Source: Candidatus Saccharimonadota bacterium (GTDB taxonomy: Bacteria > Patescibacteriota > Saccharimonadia > Saccharimonadales > Saccharimonadaceae). Taken from it: DNA of 32,000 nucleotides. The stretch lies in contig JBDSDX010000001.1 of NCBI GenBank assembly GCA_039920285.1, positions 570,001 to 602,000 of the forward strand, read 5' to 3'. Position numbers and translations under genes: made by a program. Of this stretch, positions 18,214 to 25,740 are shown one piece after another; the stretch's first letter is position 1, and each line of letters opens with the position of its first letter. The notes below the pieces were generated by a model. That model did not search any database. It was given only the letters and a program-made list of their open reading frames with translations, and was not told the DNA's origin.

Positions 18214-19131
18214 ATGAAACAATATCTAGACTTACTCAAAGATATTAAAGAAAATGGTGCGGTCAAATCTGATCGTACGGGTACTGGCACAAAGAGTGTC
18301 TTTGGTCGCCAAATTCGATTTGATTTAAGTAAAGGATTTCCCGCAACCACCACCAAGCGACTCTTTTTTAGAGGCGTTGCTCACGAACTACTGTGGTTCC
18401 TAGCTGGCGACAGCAACATCAAATATTTGGTCGACAACGATGTTCACATCTGGGATGAGTGGCCGTTTAAAGCCTGGCTTAAAGCAACAGGACAAGATGT
18501 CCCCGAGACCGGTTCTGAAGAGTGGAATACAAAATTAAAAGATTATACCGAAAAAATTAAAAGTGACGATGCCTTTGCTAAAAAATACGGGTACCTTGGA
18601 CCGGTCTATGGCCACCAATGGCGCCACTGGCCCGATGGCAATGGTGGAGAAATCGACCAAATCACTGAAGTAATTGATGCGATCAAAAACAATCCAGATT
18701 CACGTCGCATGATCGTCAGTGCCTGGAATGTCGCTGATATCAAAGAAATGGCAAAGTCTGGGTTACCCCCATGTCACAGCTTGTTTCAGTTTTATGTAAA
18801 TGATGGAAAATTGAGCTGTCAGCTCTACCAACGCAGCGCCGATGTCTTCCTTGGTGTACCATTTAACATTGCGTCCTACGCGCTTCTGACCATGATGATC
18901 GCACACGTGACTGGTCTCGAACCCGGTGAATTCGTTCACAGTTTTGGCGATACACACATTTACTTGAATCATCTCGAACAGGTTGACTTACAGCTTTCAC
19001 GAACTCCAAAGGCATTACCAACTTTGAAACTCAATCCAGACGTGAAATCTATCTTTGACTTCACGATTGAAGATATGACACTCGAAGATTACAACCCAGA
19101 CCCAGGTATCAAAGCACCTATTGCGGTCTAG
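18214..19131 (+). CDS. thyA: thymidylate synthase ThyA (long form with insertion)
   Basis: ATG after [27 protein letters not shown], catalytic [12 protein letters not shown] and [20 protein letters not shown] motifs. Confidence 0.95.
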   Translation: MKQYLDLLKDIKENGAVKSDRTGTGTKSVFGRQIRFDLSKGFPATTTKRLFFRGVAHELLWFLAGDSNIKYLVDNDVHIWDEWPFKAWLKATGQDVPETGSEEWNTKLKDYTEKIKSDDAFAKKYGYLGPVYGHQWRHWPDGNGGEIDQITEVIDAIKNNPDSRRMIVSAWNVADIKEMAKSGLPPCHSLFQFYVNDGKLSCQLYQRSADVFLGVPFNIASYALLTMMIAHVTGLEPGEFVHSFGDTHIYLNHLEQVDLQLSRTPKALPTLKLNPDVKSIFDFTIEDMTLEDYNPDPGIKAPIAV

Positions 19132-19610
19132 AGTCGAGAGTAACGAACAAAGTCGTAGGCGTATTTATTTCGTTCATCGGCTTCGTGAGATTCACGAAAG
19201 TCTTCTTGCCAAAATTCGGCATCAATATCTGGAAAAAAGACAGTCGCTGTATCGAACGTTGCTTTCACTTCGGTTGCTTCGATAATATCAGCGTCCTTTA
19301 GTGATTCAGCATATATCTGAGCTCCTCCGATAATATATATATCCTGTGTTGCAAGATCGTAGGCTTCTTCAAGGCTGTGTGCCAATTCGATACCTTCAGC
19401 CAGGTCCATAGAATGGCTGACGACAATATTCTGACGATTCGGTAATGCTCGTCCAATTGAATTATAGGTATTTCGTCCCATGATAATGGTATGGCCCGTG
19501 GTTAATTCTTTGAAATGTTTCAGATCAGCCGGCAGATCACGGAGCCATAACAAATCGTTGTTGGCACCGATTCCGTGTTTTTTATCAAAAGCGACCACGA
19601 TTGTTTTCAT
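19128..19610 (-). CDS. folA: dihydrofolate reductase
   Basis: IGANNDLLW...[28 protein letters not shown]...[10 protein letters not shown]. Confidence 0.9.
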   Translation of the reverse strand: MKTIVVAFDKKHGIGANNDLLWLRDLPADLKHFKELTTGHTIIMGRNTYNSIGRALPNRQNIVVSHSMDLAEGIELAHSLEEAYDLATQDIYIIGGAQIYAESLKDADIIEATEVKATFDTATVFFPDIDAEFWQEDFRESHEADERNKYAYDFVRYSRL

Positions 19611-19659
19611 GACCTTATCTTACCATGCTACAATCAATGTAAAGTGAAGGGGAGAACAG

Positions 19660-20334
19660 ATGAGCGTCTATAGCAATATAGAAATTGAACAGGCAATTAA
19701 AGATGGGCACATTATTTTCCATCCGTACCGACCGGAACATATCAACGGGAGTAGTGTCGACGTCACACTTGGTGAATATTTTTACCGAACTGACCGCAAA
19801 AGCGAGAATGCGATCTATAACCCATTCCATAAAATTGAAGTTGATAAATATTACGGTGAGCCTCAAAAAGCGATCACCCACAAAGAGTGGTGTAAGCAAA
19901 CAGGTAATAAGCCTCTCGCAAACATCCCCGCCGATCATCCTGTCATCGTCCTCGAACCAGGCGAACGTATCTTGGCACACACCAACGAGTTTATCGGTAT
20001 TTTGCCCCCGGGAACCACCAGCATGCAATCTCGCAGCACATGGGGACGCAACGGTGTTGCTGTCTGTTTTGACGCTGGCTGGGGTGACCCAGGCTACGTG
20101 AACCGCTGGACACTCGAAGTCTACAACCTCAACCAACGTCACAGTATCGTACTTCCTGTGGGTGAACGTATCGCCCAAATTGTTTTCTTCCATACCGGTG
20201 AAGTTCGTGGCACCTATGCAAGCCTTAGCGGCAAATACACACTTGGTACGAACCTTGACGAGCTCATCGCAGGCTGGACACCACAACAAATGCTCCCGCG
20301 TGCCTACAAAGACCAGCGACAGGATGCCGTCTAA
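19660..20334 (+). CDS. dcd: dCTP deaminase-family protein
   Basis: INGSSVDVTLG, SRSTWGRNG, GWGDPGY and TLEVYN...VGERIAQIVF align by eye with the Dcd/dUTPase-fold motifs. Atypical ~40-aa C-terminal tail. Confidence 0.75.
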   Translation: MSVYSNIEIEQAIKDGHIIFHPYRPEHINGSSVDVTLGEYFYRTDRKSENAIYNPFHKIEVDKYYGEPQKAITHKEWCKQTGNKPLANIPADHPVIVLEPGERILAHTNEFIGILPPGTTSMQSRSTWGRNGVAVCFDAGWGDPGYVNRWTLEVYNLNQRHSIVLPVGERIAQIVFFHTGEVRGTYASLSGKYTLGTNLDELIAGWTPQQMLPRAYKDQRQDAV

Positions 20335-21011
20335 TGGGAGTCTTTATCGCCATTGAAGGTGGAGACGGTTCAGGCAAAGCAACCCAAACAAAAATTCTGG
20401 CAGAATACGCCGAAAAAATTCTCAAAAAAAATGTCTTTACGATTGCATTCCCACAACATGGTGAATTCTCGTCGTATTACGCCGACCAGTACTTGAACGG
20501 TGCCTATGGTGGCGTCAACGACGTTCATGCTGACCTCGCCAGTCTTCCATATGCGATCGATCGCTTTGCGGCCAGTCCGAAAATTCGAGCTGTCCTCGAT
20601 GACCCAAACGGGTTAGTTATTGCCGATCGTTACGTTGCCTCAAATCTCGCTCACCAAGGCTCAAAACTCGGCGACGACAAAGAACGTCACGACTACTACG
20701 ACCGTATGATGCAAACAGAGTTTGAGGTCCTTGGTATTCCGAAGCCCGATCTCAATATCATATTATTAGTACCGTCGACTATTTCTCAAGAAAATATTGA
20801 TAAAAAAGAAACTCGTGCCTACACAACGATGAAGCGTGATATTCACGAACAAGACGCAGGGCACCTTGACCGCACTAAAGCAAATTACGAAGAACTCACT
20901 GAGATCTACCCAGAATGGTTCCGTGCGATTGATTGTATGAACAACACAGGTACAATGCGTTCGATCGAGGATATCCAAGATGATATCCGGACACTTCTTA
21001 CGGCCGTTTAA
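20334..21011 (+). CDS. tmk: thymidylate kinase
   Basis: FIAIEGGDGSGKATQ P-loop and ADRYVASNLAHQ motif. The start overlaps the dcd stop (TAATG). Confidence 0.9.
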   Translation: MGVFIAIEGGDGSGKATQTKILAEYAEKILKKNVFTIAFPQHGEFSSYYADQYLNGAYGGVNDVHADLASLPYAIDRFAASPKIRAVLDDPNGLVIADRYVASNLAHQGSKLGDDKERHDYYDRMMQTEFEVLGIPKPDLNIILLVPSTISQENIDKKETRAYTTMKRDIHEQDAGHLDRTKANYEELTEIYPEWFRAIDCMNNTGTMRSIEDIQDDIRTLLTAV

Positions 21012-22206
21012 TAACCTTACTCAATAAACGACGAAGTGGTGATTTTTTTTTATTATGACCATACCCCATTTTGTCGAGTATTGCTTGGACATCATCAGGA
21101 TGGAGTTTGTCAGGGTTAAGCATCGCATTAGCGACTTGGTTGTGCATCGAGAGATCACTAAGTAGCGCAGGGGCCGTTTTACGCCACTCAACTTCACGCT
21201 CATGATCTTCAACTGAAAAGTAATAGTGACGAGATATACGCGGGTGAGGTTCTGTTCGTTCGGCCTCTTGCTTACGAACAAGTTCAGTCGTGGCTGGATT
21301 GTACGCATAAATAGTTGTCGAGAGTGAGATAGCGTTCTTCTGTTTCTTTGAGCTAGCCAACGTACTGATGAACGTTTCGAATGGTAATAGGGCAGCTTCT
21401 TGCTCATCGCTTTCAAGCAATTGAATGGCTCGCATCTCTGCAACGCCTTTATCGCCGAATTGTGTATAGAAGCGACTTTTTGCATCCATGCGAAGTACGA
21501 ACGATGATCGCTCACGAACGCTCGAGCCGTCAGGCAATGATGCAATCGTTCTTTTACGCGTCATCAAAACGCCAGCCGGATTCTTCGGATCGTCATTACT
21601 CTGAGTCAGTCCATCTTCACCGACCGATTCTTTAATACGGAATCGTGTCTCTGGCGTACCGTGCATTTCTCCTCCTACGAGACGAACTGCGTAAGCGACT
21701 GCTTTGTGCATTTCGGCAAGTGATTCTTCATGCTCCCCGTAAGGATGTGTCAGACAGGCAAGTTCAGCGCTTCGAATACCAAGTAAATCTCGTATAAGAA
21801 TGAGTTCCGCTGGAGAAGCAAGCCCCAGACGACCACGCTCGACCATGATTTGTATCTTTGGTTCAAGAATAGGAATAATATCCAAGCGAAGTGCAGTCAT
21901 GAAGTTATCATCATTTGCCTGACTACGGCTATCGAACCGAACATCAAAGGTATCACGGATAAAATTTGCAATGCTGAGCGGCGTATCATGCGGGATAGAC
22001 ATCGTAAGCATTCGTAAGCTTCCCTGAACATGCTTCTGATCACTGCGTGTCAGATGGCGGTCAAGCGGCGTCGCTCCGTAACTCAGAGCGTCACCGCGGG
22101 GAGCAATTTCAGAAAGCACCATAAGGTCAGTATCAAGCTGAAAGTATGGGCTTTGATTAACATGAGGGTGCTCAAAGTCAGCCTCGGTATGTACGGGACC
22201 TGTCAT
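20998..22206 (-). CDS. hypothetical protein (402 aa)
   Basis: Long ORF with no recognisable motif. No SD; a promoter lies directly upstream. The 3' end overlaps tmk convergently by 14 nt. Confidence 0.55.
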   Translation of the reverse strand: MTGPVHTEADFEHPHVNQSPYFQLDTDLMVLSEIAPRGDALSYGATPLDRHLTRSDQKHVQGSLRMLTMSIPHDTPLSIANFIRDTFDVRFDSRSQANDDNFMTALRLDIIPILEPKIQIMVERGRLGLASPAELILIRDLLGIRSAELACLTHPYGEHEESLAEMHKAVAYAVRLVGGEMHGTPETRFRIKESVGEDGLTQSNDDPKNPAGVLMTRKRTIASLPDGSSVRERSSFVLRMDAKSRFYTQFGDKGVAEMRAIQLLESDEQEAALLPFETFISTLASSKKQKNAISLSTTIYAYNPATTELVRKQEAERTEPHPRISRHYYFSVEDHEREVEWRKTAPALLSDLSMHNQVANAMLNPDKLHPDDVQAILDKMGYGHNKKKSPLRRLLSKVIKRP

Positions 22207-22215
22207 ATTAATAAT

Positions 22216-22244
22216 ATTATACCACTCTTAAAGATTAATATCAA
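22216..22244 (-). promoter_or_regulatory. promoter abutting the 402-aa ORF start
   Basis: On the minus strand: TTGATA, 17-nt spacer, TGG-TATAAT. Only 9 nt separate the -10 from the ATG. Confidence 0.5.
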
Positions 22245-22339
22245 GGAGTCAACAGAGGTGAAATAAGCCTTGGCGGATTGCCAAGGGTAGTGGTGGGGTA
22301 GTCTAACCAACCCACCACCGCTAGTGTCCACAGGGGTTA

Positions 22340-22368
22340 TTGACTTATCGACGTAATTTTTATATACT
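22340..22368 (+). promoter_or_regulatory. rplJL promoter
   Basis: TTGACT (22340-22345), 17-nt spacer, TATACT (22363-22368). Confidence 0.6.
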
Positions 22369-22374
22369 ACCGGT

Positions 22375-22556
22375 TAGACATCCCAAAGACAGTAGCAGTG
22401 GAAACACTTAATTTGCTACCGAGGTAAATGTAAAACATACATTTTTTCAGTCTTTGGCAGTGCGAGAACCAAAGACTTTTTGTTTTCTCTAAAGGAACTG
22501 CCTGTCTAGCAAGTCTTAACAATTTGGCCGAATGAATAATAACCAAGGAGATTTTT
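22375..22556 (+). promoter_or_regulatory. ribosomal protein L10 leader (autoregulatory attenuator type)
   Basis: ~180-nt structured leader upstream of rplJ. Inner stem GTAGC...GCTAC, and two copies of CCAAAGAC (22383 and 22470) that compete for GTCTTTGG (22450). Confidence 0.55.
22449..22486 (+). terminator. leader terminator (attenuator) upstream of rplJ
   Basis: 9-bp stem AGTCTTTGG / CCAAAGACT with an 11-nt loop, followed by TTTTTGTTTT. Confidence 0.7.
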
Positions 22557-23081
22557 ATGGCAATTACCCGCGATAAAAAGAACGAATTGGTTGCTGAAAT
22601 GGGCGAACTGTTTACAAATGCGAAAGCAACTGTTTTTGCTCAGTACAACGGTTTAAGTGTTGCGGATGTCCAAAAACTCCGCGCACAAGCTCGCGAAGCT
22701 GGCGTGGTCATTAGGGTTGTTAAAAACCGTCTTGTCCGCGTTGCTCTCGGTGAAGTCGAGGCATATAAAAACACTGATGTGTCCGGTCTGACTGGTCAAC
22801 TTCTCTACGCGATTAGCGCTGATGATGAAGTTGCACCTGCGAAGATTCTGAACACATTTGCAAAAAGTAATGACGCGCTTGTCATTGCTGGTGGATTTTC
22901 AAATGTTGGTGCTCTTTTGAGTGCTGATGATGTGAACTCTCTCGCTAGCTTGCCAAGTAAGAACCAACTTATTGGCGAAGTCATTGCGCAACTGCTTTCA
23001 CCAGTTCACGATATTACCAATGCACTTCAGGGCAACCTGCATGCGCTTTTGGATGGTATCGAAGCTAAAGCAACCAGTTAA
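22557..23081 (+). CDS. rplJ: 50S ribosomal protein L10
   Basis: AAGGAG RBS. Matches L10 over its full length. Confidence 0.95.
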   Translation: MAITRDKKNELVAEMGELFTNAKATVFAQYNGLSVADVQKLRAQAREAGVVIRVVKNRLVRVALGEVEAYKNTDVSGLTGQLLYAISADDEVAPAKILNTFAKSNDALVIAGGFSNVGALLSADDVNSLASLPSKNQLIGEVIAQLLSPVHDITNALQGNLHALLDGIEAKATS

Positions 23082-23127
23082 TAATTGAATCAACACTACA
23101 TTAAACGAATTTTAAAGGAGTCACACT

Positions 23128-23502
23128 ATGGCTGATTTGAAAAAACTCGCAGAAAGCCTCGTTGGCTTAACTGTACTTGAGGTCAACGACCTTAAGACCA
23201 TTTTGAAAGAAGAATACGGTATCGAGCCAGCTGCTGCAGCTGTCGCTGTTGCCGGACCTGCTGCAGAAGCAGCACCTGCTGAAGAAGCAAAATCTGACTA
23301 CACTATCGTCCTTAAGGACGCTGGTAGCCAAAAAGTAGCAGTCATCAAGGCTGTTAAAGACATCACTGGCCTCGGCTTGGGTGAAGCAAAAGCAATCGTT
23401 GACGGTGCACCTGCTACCGTTAAAGAAAAAGCTCCTAAAGAAGAAGCTGAAGCTGCGAAGAAAACCCTCGAAGAAGCTGGCGCAACCGTCGAGCTCAACT
23501 AA
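23128..23502 (+). CDS. rplL: 50S ribosomal protein L7/L12
   Basis: N-terminal dimerisation helix, Ala/Pro/Glu hinge, and C-terminal domain [27 protein letters not shown]. Confidence 0.95.
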   Translation: MADLKKLAESLVGLTVLEVNDLKTILKEEYGIEPAAAAVAVAGPAAEAAPAEEAKSDYTIVLKDAGSQKVAVIKAVKDITGLGLGEAKAIVDGAPATVKEKAPKEEAEAAKKTLEEAGATVELN

Positions 23503-23530
23503 TCATCATTCGGCCATTGTTGAGTCTTTA

Positions 23531-23563
23531 AATACCGTCTCTTACTGGGACGGTATTTTCTTT
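23531..23563 (+). terminator. intrinsic terminator after rplL
   Basis: Stem AATACCGTC / GACGGTATT with a 9-nt loop, then a T-rich tract. Confidence 0.8.
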
Positions 23564-23622
23564 GGCAAAATATACAACATTTTTTCACATACCTCTGATT
23601 TGGGTGTGGAAAACACCTCATA

Positions 23623-23651
23623 TTGACATTTAGCGTAGGCATTGTTATATA
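23623..23651 (+). promoter_or_regulatory. promoter of the 172-aa ORF
   Basis: TTGACA, 17-nt spacer, TATATA. Confidence 0.55.
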
Positions 23652-23701
23652 TAAGGTAATACCATTTCAAAAATACACAGATAAGGAAATTGCGAGTAAC
23701 C

Positions 23702-24220
23702 ATGTCTGACCTCCCTGAGAAGCAAGTCAAACGACTTCATTCATTGATTCAAGAAGCAGAAACAAACCTAGCAGCAGCCAAAGAACTGCTGATTAGCATT
23801 ATTGGTGATGACGGTACCGTTATCACCCCGAGAAGCGGCACAAACGAAGAAGTCAGCGGCAAAGTCGTTGAGGGTGTCTTCGATGGTCAAAAAATGGCCG
23901 GTCCTGACGGTAAAGAATACCCAGTTCCCGCAAACTACGCCAGTAAATCAAAGCTCGTCGAAGGGGATATCCTCAAACTTACCATTGCTGATGACGGCAG
24001 CTTTATCTACAAACAAATCGGTCCGACTGAACGAACACAGATCATTGGAACACTCGTCCAGCATGACGGTGCATACTACGTTGAAGCGAACGGTCGTGAG
24101 TACCGCATTCTTCTGGCAAGTGTGACCTATTTCCGCATCAATGTTGGCGACCAAGTCACCATCATTATCCCAACTGATAGCCCCGACGCACTGTGGGCAG
24201 CAGTCGAAGCTTCTCTCTAG
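23702..24220 (+). CDS. hypothetical protein (N-terminal helix plus beta-rich C-terminal domain)
   Basis: ATG 23702; the track start is TTG 23690. No recognisable domain. Confidence 0.55.
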   Translation: MSDLPEKQVKRLHSLIQEAETNLAAAKELLISIIGDDGTVITPRSGTNEEVSGKVVEGVFDGQKMAGPDGKEYPVPANYASKSKLVEGDILKLTIADDGSFIYKQIGPTERTQIIGTLVQHDGAYYVEANGREYRILLASVTYFRINVGDQVTIIIPTDSPDALWAAVEASL

Positions 24221-24227
24221 CTTGAAA

Positions 24228-24256
24228 TTGACTTTTATCCATTAAAGTGATATAAT
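24228..24256 (+). promoter_or_regulatory. cassette A promoter
   Basis: GAAATTGACTT...17-nt spacer...TATAAT, near consensus. Confidence 0.65.
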
Positions 24257-24331
24257 TCACCTCAGTTTTTTGCGTTTGCAATCAGCTAGTCCTGTTACAA
24301 CTCGCTCTACATGAAGGCTGGGGAAATAATC

Positions 24332-24934
24332 ATGCTTACGACATACCCGTTGTTGCTCGACATCGTCAATAACGACCACACGAGCATCAACGCGCTTAAC
24401 CGCCACGGGGTCTTTCACACGATCGCGCTGACCATGATGAGCCATCAGGAATTGATGGCGATCTACGGCCTCGGCCGACGTCGTATCGAACGCATCGAGA
24501 CAAACCTTCACACTGCCGGACTTCGGTTGCGTGATTTCTCGGAGCGTAAACTCGTGTTTCTCGACGGGCAACTGCCCGTGACGGAAGCATCCCATGCTGA
24601 GCTGCTCCACGTCTGGGTCAACTGGAAAAACCCTCAGCGCGAGGAAGGAGTACGCTACGAACCAAGTGCTGTCGCGACCGTGCTCTGCGAGAAGCAGGGG
24701 CTGACGACAGTCGGCGAGGTGTTGAGTGTTTCTTTCTGCGAAGTCACCGCTTTGCTCTTTGAGCTCAGTGGTGACGAGTGGGTGAGACTCTCTCGCTACA
24801 GCAAGTCGTTCACACAGCTCGATGACCGAGAACCGGTGATTGAACTGATGCTGACGCGACACCTCTCTCGCATCCAGCGGTGGGATCTCGACATTCCCGT
24901 TGTCATCAACGAGTCGGCCCTCATCAAGAGCTGA
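24332..24934 (+). CDS. cassette A: HhH protein, RpoA alpha-CTD-like layout
   Basis: ATG 24332 follows GGGGAAA, the SD form used by several host genes; an in-frame ATG at 24311 has no SD. G/C-rich third codon positions mark the + frame as coding. Contains TSINALNRHGVFHTIALTMMSHQELMAIYGLGRRRIERIETNLHTAGLRL. Confidence 0.6.
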   Translation: MLTTYPLLLDIVNNDHTSINALNRHGVFHTIALTMMSHQELMAIYGLGRRRIERIETNLHTAGLRLRDFSERKLVFLDGQLPVTEASHAELLHVWVNWKNPQREEGVRYEPSAVATVLCEKQGLTTVGEVLSVSFCEVTALLFELSGDEWVRLSRYSKSFTQLDDREPVIELMLTRHLSRIQRWDLDIPVVINESALIKS

Positions 24935-24945
24935 GATACAGGACA

Positions 24946-24974
24946 GCCGACCCCGCTCACAAGGCGGGATCGGC
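24946..24974 (+). other. GC-rich hairpin 3' of cassette A ORF
   Basis: GCCGA-C-CCCGC, loop TCACAAG, GCGGG-A-TCGGC: 10 bp with one C/A mismatch. Confidence 0.6.
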
Positions 24975-25015
24975 ATCGTCCCTATGAACAGGTCAATGAC
25001 GTGTTTTTAGAGACT
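24975..25015 (+). repeat. conserved 3' tail, copy A
   Basis: ATCGTCCCTATGAACAGGTCAATGACGTGTTTTTAGAGACT. 35 of 43 aligned columns are identical to copy B. Confidence 0.8.
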
Positions 25016-25033
25016 ATAACCCTTTTAGATGAA

Positions 25034-25062
25034 TTGACTTAGTTTTTTAAAAATGCTATAAT
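25034..25062 (+). promoter_or_regulatory. cassette B promoter
   Basis: GAATTGACTT...17-nt spacer...TATAAT, near consensus and similar to the cassette A promoter. Confidence 0.65.
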
Positions 25063-25137
25063 AGTTGGACTTAATCCCCAAGTATGGGGTGCGAGAGCCC
25101 CTGTACATTCCATGTTCCAATCCACCTGAAGGTACAA

Positions 25138-25641
25138 ATGAAAACCATGACTATGACACTTGATACTGTGTTCGAAGACAGCCCGCTGTCACTCAACATC
25201 ATCAAGAAGCGTCTCAAGGTTACTACGCTGGAAGAGCTGATGCTCTACACACCGATGATGATCATGAACACCTCGGGAGTTGGCAGCCCTATCGCTGCCT
25301 ACATCCGCGGTCGCTTCACGGAGCTCAACTGGGCACACCATGCCCACTTGCGTCTCCGCGACAACACCGAGTCCGTCCTGGACTTTATCGACACGATGTA
25401 CCACGCGCTGATCAATGCACCCCTAGTGGTGCTGAACTTCAGCCTGGACCACACCGGTTCGATCATTCACAAGCCGCTGGAGCTGGTCCAGATGTTCCTT
25501 GAGGTTAAGCCAGATGCCGTCGTACTCGATCTCGATGATCTTGACGACTTCCTCACGGCTAGCAACTGCCCGAAGAGCTTCATCACCGATCTCTCCAAGC
25601 GGATGATCGAGTGGAAGCTCCAGGGTCCCAGCGCAGGCTGA
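25138..25641 (+). CDS. cassette B: divergent paralogue of the cassette A HhH protein
   Basis: ATG 25138 after GAAGGT; the track start is 25084. Contains LEELMLYTPMMIMNTSGVGSPIAAYIRGRF and shares the ...LRLRD... block with protein A. G/C-rich third codon positions. Confidence 0.55.
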   Translation: MKTMTMTLDTVFEDSPLSLNIIKKRLKVTTLEELMLYTPMMIMNTSGVGSPIAAYIRGRFTELNWAHHAHLRLRDNTESVLDFIDTMYHALINAPLVVLNFSLDHTGSIIHKPLELVQMFLEVKPDAVVLDLDDLDDFLTASNCPKSFITDLSKRMIEWKLQGPSAG

Positions 25642-25663
25642 GTAGGAACATGGCACAGGGCAG

Positions 25664-25694
25664 GTCGATCCGCTTCTTCGTGAGGTGGATCGAC
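25664..25694 (+). other. GC-rich hairpin 3' of cassette B ORF
   Basis: GTCGATCCGC pairs with GTGGATCGAC (10 bp including one G-U). Its sequence is unrelated to hairpin A but it sits at the same position. Confidence 0.6.
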
Positions 25695-25737
25695 ATAGTC
25701 CCCAACAACAGGTCAAACAGACGTGTTTTTAGAGACT
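25695..25737 (+). repeat. conserved 3' tail, copy B
   Basis: ATAGTCCCCAACAACAGGTCAAACAGACGTGTTTTTAGAGACT. Confidence 0.8.
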
Positions 25738-25740
25738 TTA

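Noticed and set aside
19615-20289. 224-aa minus-strand ORF antisense to dcd, and the 138-aa + ORF at 19685-20101
   Set aside because: The dcd frame carries clear family motifs and an SD. The other two frames have none, and the minus-strand ORF would run into the folA start region.
19660-20334. Dcd-like gene as a nucleotide-depletion antiphage defence enzyme
   Set aside because: It is small, with only the deaminase fold and no kinase or sensor domain. It is translationally coupled to tmk inside a thymidylate-pathway cluster, so a metabolic role is simpler.
24257-24976. 239-aa ORF on the minus strand covering cassette A
   Set aside because: It is antisense to the + ORF with codon position 2 aligned. 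That frame stays open by chance when the sense strand has G/C-rich third positions. The promoter, the SD-like GGGGAAA and the HhH motif all support the + strand. The minus-strand product is an Arg/Val/Asp/His-rich sequence with no motif.
25001-25015. GTGTTTTTAGAGACT resembles the start of type II CRISPR repeats (GTTTTAGAG...)
   Set aside because: There are only two copies, about 720 bp apart, separated by a promoter and a coding ORF. There is no repeat-spacer periodicity and no cas genes in the window.
24975-25737. Direct repeats as integron attC sites, transposon ends or att duplication
   Set aside because: The window has no integrase, transposase or recombinase. There is no third copy at the left border (near 24221) and there are no terminal inverted repeats. 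A recombination role is kept only as one hypothesis in the findings.
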